A DNA stretch of 64,000 nucleotides from Eledone cirrhosa (GCA_964016885.1 OZ024740.1:429164001-429228000); one strand, 5' to 3'. Shown: positions 26,201 to 44,200, counted from the first letter of the stretch. A program made the numbers and translations. Notes: generated by a model not told the origin, from the letters alone.

Positions 26201-29200
26201 CAGCGGTACTAACAACAACAACAGCAACAGAACTAACAACAACAACACCAGCAGTACTAACAACACAGCAGCAGCAGTACTAACACCAACAACAGCAACA
26301 GTACTAACAACAAGAACAGCAGCAGTACTAACAACACCCGAAGCAGCAATACTAACAACACAGCAGCAAGAGTACTAACAACAACAACAGCAGCAGTACT
26401 AACAACAACAACAGCAGCAGTACTAACAACACACAGCAACAGTACTAACAACAACAACAGCAGCTGTACTAACAACAACAACACCAGCAGTACTAACAAC
26501 AACAACAGCAGCAGTACTAACAACAACAGCAGCAATACTAACAACAACAACACCAGCAGTACTAACAACAACAACAGCAGCAGTACTAACAACAACAACA
26601 GCAGCAGTACTAACAACAACAACACCAGCAGTACTAACAACAACAAGAGCAGCTGTACTAACAACAACAACAGCAGCAGTACTAACAACAACAACACCAG
26701 CAGTACTAACAACAACAACACCAGCAGTACTAACAACAACAACAGCAGCAGTACTAACAACAACAACGGCAGCAATACTAACAACAACAACACCAGCAGT
26801 ACTAACAACAACAACAGCAGCAGTACTAACAACAACAACACCAGCAGTACTAACAACAACAACACCACCAGTACTAACAACAACAACACCAGCAGTACTA
26901 ACAACAACAACAACAGCAGCAATACTAACAACAACAACACCAGCAGTACTAACAACAACAACACCAGCAGTACTAACAGCAACAACAGCAGCAGTACTAA
27001 CAACAACAACAGCAGCAGTACTAACAACAACAACACCAGCAGTACTAACAACAACAACAGCAGCTGTACTAACAACAACAACAGCAGCAGTACTAACAAC
27101 AACAACAGCAGCAGTACTAACAACAACAACACCAGCAGTACTAACTACAACAACAACAGCAGTACTAACGACAACAACACCAGCAGTACTAACAACAACA
27201 ACAACAGCAGCAGTACTAACAACAACAACAGCAGCTGTACTAACAACAACAACAGCAGCAGTACTAACAACAACAACACCTGCAGTACTAACAACAACAA
27301 CACCAGCAGTACTAACAACAACAACACCAGCAGTACTAACAACAACAACAGCAGCAGTTCTATCAACAACAACACCAGCAGTACTAACAACAACAACACC
27401 AGCAGTACTAACAACAACAACACCAGCAGTACTAACAACAACAACACCAGCTGTACTAACAACAACAACAGCATCAGTACTAACAACAAAAACACCAGCA
27501 GTACTAACAACAACAACACCAGCAGTACTAACAACAACAACACCAGCAGTACTAACAACACAACAGCAGTACTAACAACAACAACAGCAGCAGTACTAAC
27601 AACAACAACAGCAGCAGTACTAACAACAACAACAGTAGCAGTACTAACAACAACAACAGCAGCAGTACTAACAACAACACAGCAGCAGTACTAACAACAA
27701 CAACAGTAGCAGTAGTAACAACAACAACAGCAGCAGTACTAACAACAACAACAGCAGCAGTACTAACAACACAACAGCAGCAGTACTAACAACAACAACA
27801 ACAGCAGTACTAACAACAACAACAGCAGCAGTACTAACAACAACAACAGCAGTACTAACAACAACAACACCAGCAGTACTAACAACAACAACACCAGCAG
27901 TACTAACAACAACAACAGTAGCAGTACTAACAACAACAACAGCAGCAGTACTAACAACAACAACAGCAGCAGTACTAACAACAACAACAGCAGCAGTACT
28001 AACAACAACAACAGCAGCTGTACTAACAACAACAACACCAGCAGTACTAGCAACAACAACAGCAGCAGTACTAACAACAACAACAGCAGTACTAACAACA
28101 ACAACACCAGCAGTACTAACAACAACAACACCAGCAGTACTAACAACAACAACAGTAGCAGTACTAACAACAACAACAGCAGCAGTACTAACAACAACAA
28201 CAGTAGCAGTACTAACAACAACAACAGCAGCAGTACTAACAACAACAACAGCAGCAGTACTAACAACAACAACAGCAGCAGTACTAACAACAACAGCAGC
28301 AGTACTAACAACAACAACAGCAGCAGTACTAACAACAACAACAGCAGCAGTACTAACAACAACAACAGCAGTACTAACAACAACAACAGCAGCAGTACTA
28401 ACAACAACAACAGCAGCAGTACTAACAACAACAACAGTAGCAGTACTAACAACAACAACAGCAGCAGTACTAACAACAACAACAGCAGCAGTACTAACAA
28501 CAACAACAGCAGCAGTACTAACAACAACAACACCAGCAGTACTAACAACAACAACACCAGCAGTACTAACAACACAACAGCAGTACTAACAACAACAACA
28601 GCAGCAGTACTAACAACAACAACAGCAGCAGTACTAACAACAACAACAGCAGCAGTACTAACAACAACAACAGCAGCTGTACTAACAACAACAACACCAG
28701 CAGTACTAACAACAACAACAGCAGCAGTACTAACAACAACAACACCAGCAGTACTAACAACAACAACACCAGCAGTACTAACAACACAACAGCAGTACTA
28801 ACAACAACAACAGCAGCAGTACTAACAACAACAACAGCAGCAGTACTAACAACAACAACAGTAGCAGTACTAACAACAACAACAGCAGCAGTACTAACAA
28901 CAACACAGCAGCAGTACTAACAACAACAACACCAGCAGTACTAACAATACAACAGCAGTACTAACAACAACAGCAGCAGTACTAACAACAACAACAGCAG
29001 CAGTACTAACAACAACAACAGCAGCAGTACTAACAACAACAACAGCAGCTCTACTAACAACAACAACACCAGCAGTACTAACAACAACAACAGCAGCAGT
29101 ACTAACAACAACAACACCAGCAGTACTAACAACAACAACACCAGCAGTACTAACAACACAACAGCAGTACTAACAACAACAACAGCAGCAGTACTAACAA

Positions 29201-32200
29201 CAACAACAGCAGCAGTACTAACAACAACAACAGTAGCAGTACTAACAACAACAACAGCAGCAGTACTAACAACAACACAGCAGCAGTACTAACAACAACA
29301 ACAGTAGCAGTACTAACAACAACAACAACAGCAGTACTAACAACAACAACAGTAGCAGTACTAACAAAAACAACAACAGCAGTACTAACAACAACAACAC
29401 CAGCAGTACTAACAACAACAACAGCAGCAGTACTAACAACAACAACAGCAGCAGTACTAACAACAACAACAGCAGCAGTACTAACAACAACAACAGCAGC
29501 AGTACTAACAACAACAACACCAGCAGTACTAACAACAACAACAGCAGCAGTACTAGCAACAACAACAGTAGCAGTACTAACAACAACAACAGCAGCTGTA
29601 CTAACAACAAGAACAGCAGCAGTACTAACAACAACAACAGCAGCAGTACTAACAACAACAACAGTAGCAGTACTAACAACAACAATAGCAGCAGTACTAA
29701 CAACAACAACAGTAGCAGTACTAACAACAACAACAGCAGCTGTACTAACAACAACAACAGCAGCAGTACTAACAACAACAACAGTAGCAGTACTAACAAC
29801 AACAACAGCAGCAGTACTAACAACAACAACAGTAGCAGTACTACCAACAACAACAGCAGCAGTACTAACAACAACAACAGCAGCAGTACTAACAACAACA
29901 ACAGTAGCAGTACTAACAACAACAACAGCAGCAGTACTAACAACAACAACAGTAGCAGTACTAACAACAATACAGCAGTAGTACTAACAACAACAACAGT
30001 AGCAGTACTAACAACAACAACAGCAGCAGTACTAACAACAACAACAGCAGCAGTACTAACAACACAACAGTAGCAGTACTAACAACAACAACAGTAGCAG
30101 TACTAACAACAACAACAGCAGCTGTACTAACAACAACAACAGCAGCAGTACTAACAACAACAACAGTAGCAGTACTAACAACAACAACAGCAGCAGTACT
30201 AACAACAACAACAGTAGCAGTACTAACAACAACAACAGCAGCAGTACTAACAACAACAACAGTAGCAGTACTAACAACAACAACAGCAGCAGTACTAACA
30301 ACAACAACAGCAGCAGTACTAACAACACAACAGTAGCAGTACTAACAACAACAACAGTAGCAGTACTAACAACAACAACAGCAGCTGTACTAACAACAAC
30401 AACAGCAGCAGTACTAACAACAACAACAGTAGCAGTACTAACAACAACAACAGCAGCAGTACTAACAACAACAACAGTAGCAGTACTAACAACAACAACA
30501 GCAGCAGTACTAACAACAACAACAGTAGCAGTACTAACAACACAACAGCAGCAGTACTAACAACAACAACAGCAGCAGTACTAACAACAACAACAGCAGC
30601 AGTACTAACAACAACAACAGCAGCACTACTAACAACAACAACAGTAGCAGTACTAACAACAACAACAGTAGCAGTACTAACAACAACAACAGCATCTGTA
30701 CTAACAATAACAACAGCAGCAGTACTAACAACAACAACAGTAGCAGTACTAACAACACCACAGCAGCAGTACTAACAACAACGACAGCAGCAGTACTAAC
30801 AACAACAACAGCAGCAGTACTAACAACAACAACAGCAGCAGTACTAACAACAACAACAGCAGCAGTACTAACAACAACAACAGCAGCACTACTAACAACA
30901 TAACAGTAGCAGTACTAACAACAATAACAGTAGCAGTACTAACAACAACAACAGCAGCTGTACTAACAACAACAACAGCAGCAGTACTAACAACAACAAC
31001 AGTAGCAGTACTAACAACAACAACAGCAGCAGTACTAGCAACAACAACAGTAGCAGTACTAACAACAACAACAGCAGCTGTACTAACAACAACAACAGCA
31101 GCAGTACTAACAACAACAACAACAGCAGCAGTACTAACAACAACAACAGTAGCAGTACTAACAACAACAACACCAACAGTACTAACAACAGCAACAGTAG
31201 CAGTACTAACAACAACAACAGCAGCTGTACTAACAACAACAACAGCAGCAGTACTAACAACAACAACAGTAGCAGTACTAACAACAACAACAGCAGCAGT
31301 ACTAACAACAACAACAGTAGCAGTACTAACAACAACAACAGCAGCAGTACTAACAACAACAACTGCAGCAGTACTAACAACAACAACAGTAGCAGTACTA
31401 ACAACAACAACAGCAGCAGTACTAACAACAACAACAGCAGCAGTACTAACAACAACAACAGCAGCAGTACTAACAAAAACAACAGCAGCTGTACTATCAA
31501 CAACAACACCAGCAGTACTAACAACAACAACAGCAGCAGTACTAACGACAACAGCAGCAGTACTAGCAATACAACAGCAGCTGTACTAACAACAACAACA
31601 CCAGCAGTACTAATAACAACAACAGCAGCAGTACTAACAACAACAACACCAGCAGTACTAACAACAACAACACCAGCAGTACTAACAACACAACAGCAGT
31701 ACTAACAACAACAACAGCAGCAGTACTAACAACAACAACAGTAGCAGTACTAACAACACAGCAGCAGCAGTACTAACACCAACACCAGCAACAGTACTAA
31801 CAACAAGAACAGCAGCAGTACTAACAAACAGCAGCAGCAATACTAACAACACAGCAGCAAGAGTACTAACAACAACAACAGCAGCAGTACTAACAACAAC
31901 AACAGTAGCAGTACTAACAACAACAACAGCAGCAGTACTAACAACAACAACAGAAGCAGTACTAACAACAACAACAGTAGCAGTACTAACAACAACAACA
32001 GCAGCAGTACTAACAACAACAACAGTAGCAGTACTAACAACAACAACAGCAGCAGTACTAACAACAACAACACCAGCAGTACTAACAACAACAACACCAG
32101 CAGTACTAACAACAACAACAGCAGCAGTACTAACAACAACAACAGCAGCAGTACTAACAACACAACAGCAGTACTAACAACAACAACAACAGCAGCAGTA

Positions 32201-35200
32201 CTAACAACAACAACAGCAGCAGTACTAACAACAACAACAGCAGCAGTACTAACAACAACAACAGCAGCTGTACTAACAACAACAACACCAGCAGTACTAA
32301 CAACAACAACACCAGCAGTACTAACAACAACAACAGTAGCAGTACTAACAACAACAACAGCAGCAGTACTAACAACAACAACAGTAGCAGTACTAACAAC
32401 AACAACAGCAGCAGTACTAACAACAACAACAGCAGCAGTACTAACAACAACAACAGCAGCAGTACTAACAACAACAACAGCAGCAGTACTAACAACAACA
32501 ACAGCAGCAGTACTAACAACAACAACAGCAGCAGTACTAACGACAACAGCAGCAGTACTAACAATACAACAGCAGCTGTACTAACAACAACAAGACCAGC
32601 AGTACTAACAACAACAACAGCAGCAGTACTAACAACAACAACACCAGCAGTACTAACAACAACAACACCAGCAGTACTAACAACACAACAGCAGTACTAA
32701 CAACAACAACAGCAGCAGTACTAACAACAACAACAGCAGCAGTACTAACAACAACAACAGTAGCAGTACTAACAACAACAACAGCAGCAGTACTAACAAC
32801 AACAACAGTAGCAGTACTAACAACAACAACAGCAGCAGTACTAACAACAACAACAGCAGCAGTACTAACAACAACAACAGTAGCAGTACTAACAACAACA
32901 ACAGCAGCAGTACTAACAACAACAACAGTAGCAGTACTAACAACAACAACAGCAGCAGTACTAACAACAACAACAGCAGCAGTACTAACAATAACAACAG
33001 CAGCAGTACTAACAAAAACAACAGCAGCTGTACTAACAACAACAACACCAGCAGTACTAACAACAACAACAGTAGCAGTACTAACGACAACAGCAGCAGT
33101 ACTAACAACAACAACAGCAGCTGTACTAACAACAACAACACCAGCAGTACTAACAACAACAACAGCAGCAGTACTAACAACAACAACACCAGCAGTACTA
33201 ACAACAACAACACCAGCAGTACTAACAACACAACAGCAGTACTAACAACAACAACAGCAGCAGTACTAACAACAACAACAGTAGCAGTACTAACAAGACA
33301 GCAGCAGCAGTACTAACACCAACACCAGCAGTACTAACAACAACAACAGTAGCAGTACTAACAAGACAGCAGCAGCAGTACTAACACCAACACCAGCAGT
33401 ACTAACAACAACAACAGTAGCAGTACTAACAAGACAGCAGCAGCAGTACTAACACCAACACCAGCAGTACTAACAACAACAACAGTAGCAGTACTAACAA
33501 GACAGCAGCAGCAGTACTAACACCAACACCAGCAGTACTAACAACAACAACAGTAGCAGTACTAACAAGACAGCAGCAGCAGTACTAACACCAACACCAG
33601 CAGTACTAACAACAAGAACAGCAGCAGTACTAACAAACCAGCAGCAGCAATACTAACAACACAGCAGCAAGAGTACTAACAACAACAACAGCAGCAGTAC
33701 TAACACCAACAACAGAAGCAGTACTAACAACACACAGCAACAGTACTAACAACAACAACAGCAGCAGTACTAACAACAACAACACCAGCAATACTAACAA
33801 CAACAACAGCAGCGGTACTAACAACAACAACAGCAACAGAACTAACAACAACAACACCAGCAGTACTAACAACACAGCAGCAGCAGTACTAACACCAACA
33901 ACAGCAACAGTACTAACAACAAGAACAGCAGCAGTACTAACAACACCCGTAGCAGCAATACTAACAACACAGCAGCAAGAGTACTAACAACAACAACAGC
34001 AGCAGTACTAACAACAACAACAGCAGCAGTACTAACAACACACAGCAACGGTACTAACAACAACAACAGCAGCTGTACTAACAACAACAACACCAGCAGT
34101 ACTAACAACAACAACAGCAGCAGTACTAACAACAACAACACCAGCAGTACTAACAACAACAACAGCAGCTGTACTAACAACAACAACAGCAGCAGTACTA
34201 ACAACAACAACAGCAGCAGTACTAACAACAACAACACCAGCAGTACTAACTACAACAACAACAGCAGTACTAACGACAACAACACCAGCAGTACTAACAA
34301 CAACAACAACAGCAGCAGTACTAACAACAACAACAGCAGCTGTATTAACAACAACAACAGCAGCAGTACTAACAACAACAACACCTGCAGTACTAACAAC
34401 AACAACACCAGCAGTACTAACAACAACAACACCAGCAGTACTAACAACAACAACAGCAGCAGTTCTATCAACAACAACACCAGCAGTACTAACAACAACA
34501 ACACCAGCAGTACTAACAACAACAACACCAGCAGTACTAACAACAACAACACCAGCTGTACTAACAACAACAACAGCATCAGAACTAACAACAAAAACAC
34601 CAGCAGTACTAACAACAACAACACCAGCAGTACTAACAACAACAACACCAGCAGTACTAACAACACAACAGCAGTACTAACAACAACAACAGCAGCAGTA
34701 CTAACAACAACAACAGCAGCAGTACTAACAACAACAACAGTAGCAGTACTAACAACAACAACAGCAGCAGTACTAACAACAACACAGCAGCAGTACTAAC
34801 AACAACAACAGTAGCAGTAGTAACAACAACAACAGCAGCAGTACTAACAACAACAACAGCAGCAGTACTAACAACACAACAGCAGCAGTACTAACAACAA
34901 CAACAACAGCAGTACTAACAACAACAACAGCAGCAGTACTAACAACAACAACAGCAGTACTAACAACAACAACACCAGCAGTACTAACAACAACAACACC
35001 AGCAGTACTAACAACAACAACAGTAGCAGTACTAACAACAACAACAGCAGCAGTACTAACAACAACAACAGCAGCAGTACTAACAACAACAACAGCAGCA
35101 GTACTAACAACAACAACAGCAGCTGTACTAACAACAACAACACCAGCAGTACTAGCAACAACAACAGCAGCAGTACTAACAACAACAACAGCAGTACTAA

Positions 35201-38200
35201 CAACAACAACACCAGCAGTACTAACAACAACAACACCAGCAGTACTAACAACAACAACAGTAGCAGTACTAACAACAACAACAGCAGCAGTACTAACAAC
35301 AACAACAGTAGCAGTACTAACAACAACAACAGCAGCAGTACTAACAACAACAACAGCAGCAGTACTAACAACAACAACAGCAGCAGTACTAACAACAACA
35401 GCAGCAGTACTAACAACAACAACAGCAGCAGTACTAACAACAACAACAGCAGCAGTACTAACAACAACAACAGCAGCAGTACTAACAACAACAACAGTAC
35501 CAGTACTAACAACAACAACAGCAGCAGTACTAAAAACAACAACAGCAGCAGTACTAACAACAACAACAGCAGCAGTACTAACAACAACAACACCAGCAGT
35601 ACTAACAACAACAACACCAGCAGTACTAACAACACAACAGCAGTACTAACAACAACAACAGCAGCAGTACTAACAACAACAACAGCAGCAGTACTAACAA
35701 CAACAACAGCAGCAGTACTAACAACAACAACAGCAGCTGTACTAACAACAACAACACCAGCAGTACTAACAACAACAACAGCAGCAGTACTAACAACAAC
35801 AACACCAGCAGTACTAACAACAACAACACCAGCAGTACTAACAACACAACAGCAGTACTAACAACAACAACAGCAGCAGTACTAACAACAACAACAGCAG
35901 CAGTACTAACAACAACAACAGTAGCAGTACTAACAACAACAACAGCAGCAGTACTAACAACAACACAGCAGCAGTACTAACAACAACAACACCAGCAGTA
36001 CTAACAACACAACAGCAGTACTAACAACAACAGCAGCAGTACTAACAACAACAACAGCAGCAGTACTAACAACAACAACAGCAGCAGTACTAACAACAAC
36101 AACAGCAGCTCTACTAACAACAACAACACCAGCAGTACTAACAACAACAACAGCAGCAGTACTAACAACAACAACACCAGCAGTACTAACAACAACAACA
36201 CCAGCAGTACTAACAACAACAACAACAGCAGTACTAACAACAACAACAGCAGCAGTACTAACAACAACAACAGCAGCAGTACTAACAACAACAACAGTAG
36301 CAGTACTAACAACAACAACAGCAGCAGTACTAACAACAACACAGCAGCAGTACTAACAACAACAACAACAACAGTAGCAGTACTAACAACAACAACAACA
36401 GCAGTACTAACAACAACAACAGTAGCAGTACTAACAAAAACAACAACAGCAGTACTAACAACAACAACACCAGCAGTACTAACAACAACAACAGCAGCAG
36501 TACTAACAACAACAACAGCAGCAGTACTAACAACAACAACAGCAGCAGTACTAACAACAACAACAGCAGCAGTACTAACAACAACAACACCAGCAGTACT
36601 AACAACAACAACAGCAGCAGTACTAACAACAACAACAGTAGCAGTACTAACAACAACAACAGCAGCTGTACTAACAACAAGAACAGCAGCAGTACTAACA
36701 ACAACAACAGCAGCAGTACTAACAACAACAACAGTAGCAGTACTAACAACAACAATAGCAGCAGTACTAACAACAACAACAGTAGCAGTACTAACAACAA
36801 CAACAGCAGCTGTACTAACAACAACAACAGCAGCAGTACTAACAACAACAACAGTAGCAGTACTAACAACAACAACAGCAGCAGTACTAACAACAACAAC
36901 AGTAGCAGTACTAACAACAACACAGCAGTAGTACTAACAACAGCAACAGTAGCAGTACTAACAACAACAACAGCAGCAGTACTAACAACAACAACAGCAG
37001 CAGTACTAACAACAACAACAGCAGCAGTACTAACAACAACAACACCAGCAGTACTAACAACAACAACAGCAGCAGTACTAACAACAACAACAGTAGCAGT
37101 ACTAACAACAACAACAGCAGCTGTACTAACAACAAGAACAGCAGCAGTACTAACAACAACAACAGCAGCAGTACTAACAACAACAACAGTAGCAGTACTA
37201 ACAACAACAATAGCAGCAGTACTAACAACAACAACAGTAGCAGTACTAACAACAACAACAGCAGCTGTACTAACAACAACAACAGCAGCAGTACTAACAA
37301 CAACAACAGTAGCAGTACTAACAACAACAACAGCAGCAGTACTAACAACAACAACAGTAGCAGTACTACCAACAACAACAGCAGCAGTACTAACAACAAC
37401 AACAGCAGCAGTACTAACAACAACAACAGTAGCAGTACTAACAACAACAACAGCAGCAGTACTAACAACAACAACAGTAGCAGTACTAACAACAACACAG
37501 CAGTAGTACTAACAACAACAACAGTAGCAGTACTAACAACAACAACAGCAGCAGTACTAACAACAACAACAGCAGCAGTACTAACAACACAACAGTAGCA
37601 GTACTAACAACAACAACAGTAGCAGTACTAACAACAACAACAGCAGCTGTACTAACAACAACAACAGCAGCAGTACTAACAACAACAACACCAGCAGTAC
37701 TAACAACACAACAGCAGTACTAACAACAACAACAGCAGCAGTACTAACAACAACAACAGCAGCAGTACTAACAACAACAACAGTAGCAGTACTAACAACA
37801 ACAACAGCAGCAGTACTAACAACAACAACAGCAGCAGTACTAACAACAACAACAGCAGCAGTACTAACAACAACACAGCAGTACTAACAACAACAACAGC
37901 AGCAGTACTAACAACAACAACAGCAGCAGTACTAACAACAACAACAGCAGTACTAACAACAACAACAGCAGCAGTACTAACAACAACAACAGCAGCAGTA
38001 CTAACAACAACAACAGTAGCAGTACTAACAACAACAGCAGCAGCAGTACTAACAACAACAACAGCAGCAGTACTAACAACAACAACAGCAGCAGTACTAA
38101 CAACAACAACACCAGCAGTACTAACAACAACAACACCAGCAGTACTAACAACACAACAGCAGTACTAACAACAACAACAGCAGCAGTACTAACAACAACA

Positions 38201-41200
38201 ACAGCAGCAGTACTAACAACAACAACAGCAGCAGTACTAACAACAACAACAGCAGCTGTACTAACAACAACAACACCAGCAGTACTAACAACAACAACAG
38301 CAGCAGTACTAACAACAACAACACCAGCAGTACTAACAACAACAACACCAGCAGTACTAACAACACAACAGCAGCAGTACTAACAACAACAACAGCAGCA
38401 GTACTAACAACACAACAGCAGTACTAACAACAACAACAGCAGCAGTACTAACAACAACAACAGCAGCAGTACTAACAACAACAACAGCAGCAGTACTAAC
38501 AACAACAACAGCAGCTGTACTAACAACAACAACAGTAGCAGTACTAACAACAACAACAGCAGCAGTACTAACAACAACAACAACAGCAGTACTAACAACA
38601 ACAACAGTAGCAGTACTAACAACAACAACAACAGCAGTACTAACAACAACAACACCAGCAGTACTAACAACAACAACACCAGCAGTACTAACAACAACAA
38701 CAGTAGCAGTACTAACAACAACAACAGCAGCAGTACTAACAACAACAACAGTAGCAGTACTAACAACAACAACAGCAGCAGTACTAACAACAACAACAGC
38801 AGCAGTACTAACAACAACAACAGCAGCAGTACTAACAACAACAGCAGCAGTACTAACAACAACAACAGCAGCAGTACTAACAACAACAACAGCAGCAGTA
38901 CTAACAACAACAACAGCAGTACTAACAACAACAACAGCAGCAGTACTAACAACAACAACAGCAGCAGTACTAACAACAACAACAGTAGCAGTACTAACAA
39001 CAACAACAGCAGCAGTACTAACAACAACAACAGCAGCAGTACTAACAACAACAACAGCAGCAGTACTAACAACAACAACACCAGCAGTACTAACAACAAC
39101 AACACCAGCAGTACTAACAACACAACAGCAGTACTAACAACAACAACAGCAGCAGTACTAACAACAACAACAGCAGCAGTACTAACAACAACAACAGCAG
39201 CAGTACTAACAACAACAACAGCAGCTGTACTAACAACAACAACACCAGCAGTACTAACAACAACAACAGCAGCAGTACTAACAACAACAACACCAGCAGT
39301 ACTAACAACACAACAGCAGTACTAACAACAACAACAGCAGCAGTACTAACAACAACAACAGCAGCAGTACTAACAACAACAACAGTAGCAGTACTAACAA
39401 CAACAACAGCAGCAGTACTAACAACAACACAGCAGCAGTACTAACAACAACAACACCAGCAGTACTAACAACACAACAGCAGTACTAACAACAACAGCAG
39501 CAGTACTAACAACAACAACAGCAGCAGTACTAACAACAACAACAGCAGCTCTACTAACAACAACAACACCAGCAGTACTAACAACAACAACAGCAGCAGT
39601 ACTAACAACAACAACACCAGCAGTACTAACAACAACAACACCAGCAGTACTAACAACACAACAGCAGTACTAACAACAACAACAGCAGCAGTACTAACAA
39701 CAACAACAGCAGCAGTACTAACAACAACAACAGTAGCAGTACTAACAACAACAACAGCAGCAGTACTAACAACAACACAGCAGCAGTACTAACAACAACA
39801 ACAGTAGCAGTACTAACAACAACAACAACAGCAGTACTAACAACAACAACAGTAGCAGTACTAACAAAAACAACAACAGCAGTACTAACAACAACAACAC
39901 CAGCAGTACTAACAACAACAACAGCAGCAGTACTAACAACAACAACAGCAGCAGTACTAACAACAACAACAGCAGCAGTACTAACAACAACAACAGCAGC
40001 AGTACTAACAACAACAACACCAGCAGTACTAACAACAACAACAGCAGCAGTACTAACAACAACAACAGTAGCAGTACTAACAACAACAACAGCAGCTGTA
40101 CTAACAACAAGAACAGCAGCAGTACTAACAACAACAACAGCAGCAGTACTAACAACAACAACAGTAGCAGTACTAACAACAACAATAGCAGCAGTACTAA
40201 CAACAACAACAGTAGCAGTACTAACAACAACAACAGCAGCTGTACTAACAACAACAACAGCAGCAGTACTAACAACAACAACAGTAGCAGTACTAACAAC
40301 AACAACAGCAGCAGTACTAACAACAACAACAGTAGCAGTACTACCAACAACAACAGCAGCAGTACTAACAACAACAACAGCAGCAGTACTAACAACAACA
40401 ACAGTAGCAGTACTAACAACAACAACAGCAGCAGTACTAACAACAACAACAGTAGCAGTACTAACAACAACACAGCAGTAGTACTAACAACAACAACAGT
40501 AGCAGTACTAACAACAACAACAGCAGCAGTACTAACAACAACAACAGCAGCAGTACTAACAACACAACAGTAGCAGTACTAACAACAACAACAGTAGCAG
40601 TACTAACAACAACAACAGCAGCTGTACTAACAACAACAACAGCAGCAGTACTAACAACAACAACAGTAGCAGTACTAACAACAACAACAGCAGCAGTACT
40701 AACAACAACAACAGTAGCAGTACTAACAACAACAACAGCAGCAGTACTAACAACAACAACAGTAGCAGTACTAACAACAACAACAGCAGCAGTACTAACA
40801 ACAACAACAGCAGCAGTACTAACAACACAACAGTAGCAGTACTAACAACAACAACAGTAGCAGTACTAACAACAACAACAGCAGCTGTACTAACAACAAC
40901 AACAGCAGCAGTACTAACAACAACAACAGTAGCAGTACTAACAACAACAACAGCAGCAGTACTAACAACAACAACAGTAGCAGTACTAACAACAACAACA
41001 GCAGCAGTACTAACAACAACAACAGTAGCAGTACTAACAACACAACAGCAGCAGTACTAACAACAACAACAGCAGCAGTACTAACAACAACAACAGCAGC
41101 AGTACTAACAACAACAACAGCAGCACTACTAACAACAACAACAGTAGCAGTACTAACAACAACAACAGTAGCAGTACTAACAACAACAACAGCAGCTGTA

Positions 41201-44200
41201 CTAACAATAACAACAGCAGCAGTACTAACAACAACAACAGTAGCAGTACTAACAACAACAACAGCAGCAGTACTAACAACAACGACAGCAGCAGTACTAA
41301 CAACAACAACAGCAGCAGTACTAACAACAACAACAGCAGCAGTACTAACAACAACAACAGCAGCAGTACTAACAACAACAACAGCAGCACTACTAACAAC
41401 ATAACAGTAGCAGTACTAACAACAACAACAGTAGCAGTACTAACAACAACAACAGCAGCTGTACTAACAACAACAACAGCAGCAGTACTAACAACAACAA
41501 CAGTAGCAGTACTAACAACAACAACAGCAGCAGTACTAACAACAACAACAGTAGCAGTACTAACAACAACAACAGCAGCTGTACTAACAACAACAACAGC
41601 AGCAGTACTAACAACAACAACAACAGCAGCAGTACTAACAACAACAACAGTAGCAGTACTAACAACAACAACACCAACAGTACTAACAACAGCAACAGTA
41701 GCAGTACTAACAACAACAACAGCAGCTGTACTAACAACAACAACAGCAGCAGTACTAACAACAACAACAGCAGCAGTACTAACAACAACAACAGTAGCAG
41801 TACTAACAACAACACAGCAGTAGTACTAACAACAACAACAGTAGCAGTACTAACAACAACAACAGCAGCAGTACTAACAACAACAACAGCAGCAGTACTA
41901 ACAACACAACAGTAGCAGTACTAACAACAACAACAGTAGCAGTACTAACAACAACAACAGCAGCTGTACTAACAACAACAACAGCAGCAGTACTAACAAC
42001 AACAACAGTAGCAGTACTAACAACAACAACAGCAGCAGTACTAACAACAACAACAGTAGCAGTACTAACAACAACAACAGCAGCAGTACTAACAACAACA
42101 ACAGTAGCAGTACTAACAACAACAACAGCAGCAGTACTAACAACAACAACAGCAGCAGTACTAACAACACAACAGTAGCAGTACTAACAACAACAACAGT
42201 AGCAGTACTAACAACAACAACAGCAGCTGTACTAACAACAACAACAGCAGCAGTACTAACAACAACAACAGTAGCAGTACTAACAACAACAACAGCAGCA
42301 GTACTAACAACAACAACAGTAGCAGTACTAACAACAACAACAGCAGCAGTACTAACAACAACAACAGTAGCAGTACTAACAACACAACAGCAGCAGTACT
42401 AACAACAACAACAGCAGCAGTACTAACAACAACAACAGCAGCAGTACTAACAACAACAACAGCAGCACTACTAACAACAACAACAGTAGCAGTACTAACA
42501 ACAACAACAGTAGCAGTACTAACAACAACAACAGCAGCTGTACTAACAATAACAACAGCAGCAGTACTAACAACAACAACAGTAGCAGTACTAACAACAA
42601 CAACAGCAGCAGTACTAACAACAACGACAGCAGCAGTACTAACAACAACAACAGCAGCAGTACTAACAACAACAACAGCAGCAGTACTAACAACAACAAC
42701 AGCAGCAGTACTAACAACAACAACAGCAGCACTACTAACAACATAACAGTAGCAGTACTAACAACAACGACAGCAGCAGTACTAACAACAACAACAGTAG
42801 CAGTACTAACAACAACAACAGCAGCTGTACTAACAATAACAACAGCAGCAGTACTAACAACAACAACAGTAGCAGTACTAACAACAACAACAGCAGCAGT
42901 ACTAACAACAACGACAGCAGCAGTACTAACAACAACAACAGCAGCAGTACTAACAACAACAACAGCAGCAGTACTAACAACAACAACAGCAGCAGTACTA
43001 ACAACAACAACAGCAGCACTACTAACAACATAACAGTAGCAGTACTAACAACAACAACAGTAGCAGTACTAACAACAACAACAGCAGCTGTACTAACAAC
43101 AACAACAGCAGCAGTACTAACAACAACAACAGTAGCAGTACTAACAACAACAACAGCAGCAGTACTAACAACAACAACAGTAGCAGTACTAACAACAACA
43201 ACAGCAGCTGTACTAACAACAACAACAGCAGCAGTACTAACAACAACAACAACAGCAGCAGTACTAACAACAACAACAGTAGCAGTACTAACAACAACAA
43301 CACCAACAGTACTAACAACAGCAACAGTAGCAGTACTAACAACAACAACAGCAGCTGTACTAACAACAACAACAGCAGCAGTACTAACAACAACAACAGT
43401 AGCAGTACTAACAACAACAACAGCAGCAGTACTAACAACAACAACAGTAGCAGTACTAACAACAACAACAGCAGCAGTACTAACAACAACAACAGCAGCA
43501 GTACTAACAACAACAACAGTAGCAGTACTAACAACAACAACAGCAGCAGTACTAACAACAACAACAGTAGCAGTACTAACAACAACAACAGCAGCAGTAC
43601 TAACAACAACAACAGTAGCAGTACTAACAACAACAACAGCAGCAGTACTAACAACAACAACAGTAGCAGTACTAACAACAACAACAGCAGCAGTACTAAC
43701 AACAACATCAGTAGCAGTACTAACAACAACAACAGCAGCAGCACTAACAACAACAACAGTAGCAGTACTAACAACAACAACAGCAGCAGTACTAACAACA
43801 ACAACAGCAGCAGTACTAACAACACAACAGTAGCAGTACTAACAACAACAACAGTAGCAGTACTAACAACACAACAGCAGCTGTACTAACAACAACAACA
43901 GCAGCAGTACTAACAACAACAACAGTAGCAGTACTAACAACAACAACAGCAGCAGTACTAACAACAACAACAGTAGCAGTACTAACAACAACAACAGCAG
44001 CAGTACTAACAACAACAACAGTAGCAGTACTAACAACAACAACAGCAGCAGTACTAACAACAACAACAACAGCAGTACTAACAACAACAACAACAGCAGT
44101 ACTAACAACAACAACAGTAGCAGTACTAACAACAACAACAACAGCAGCTGTACTAACAACAACAACAGCAGCAGTACTAACAACAACAACAGTAGCAGTA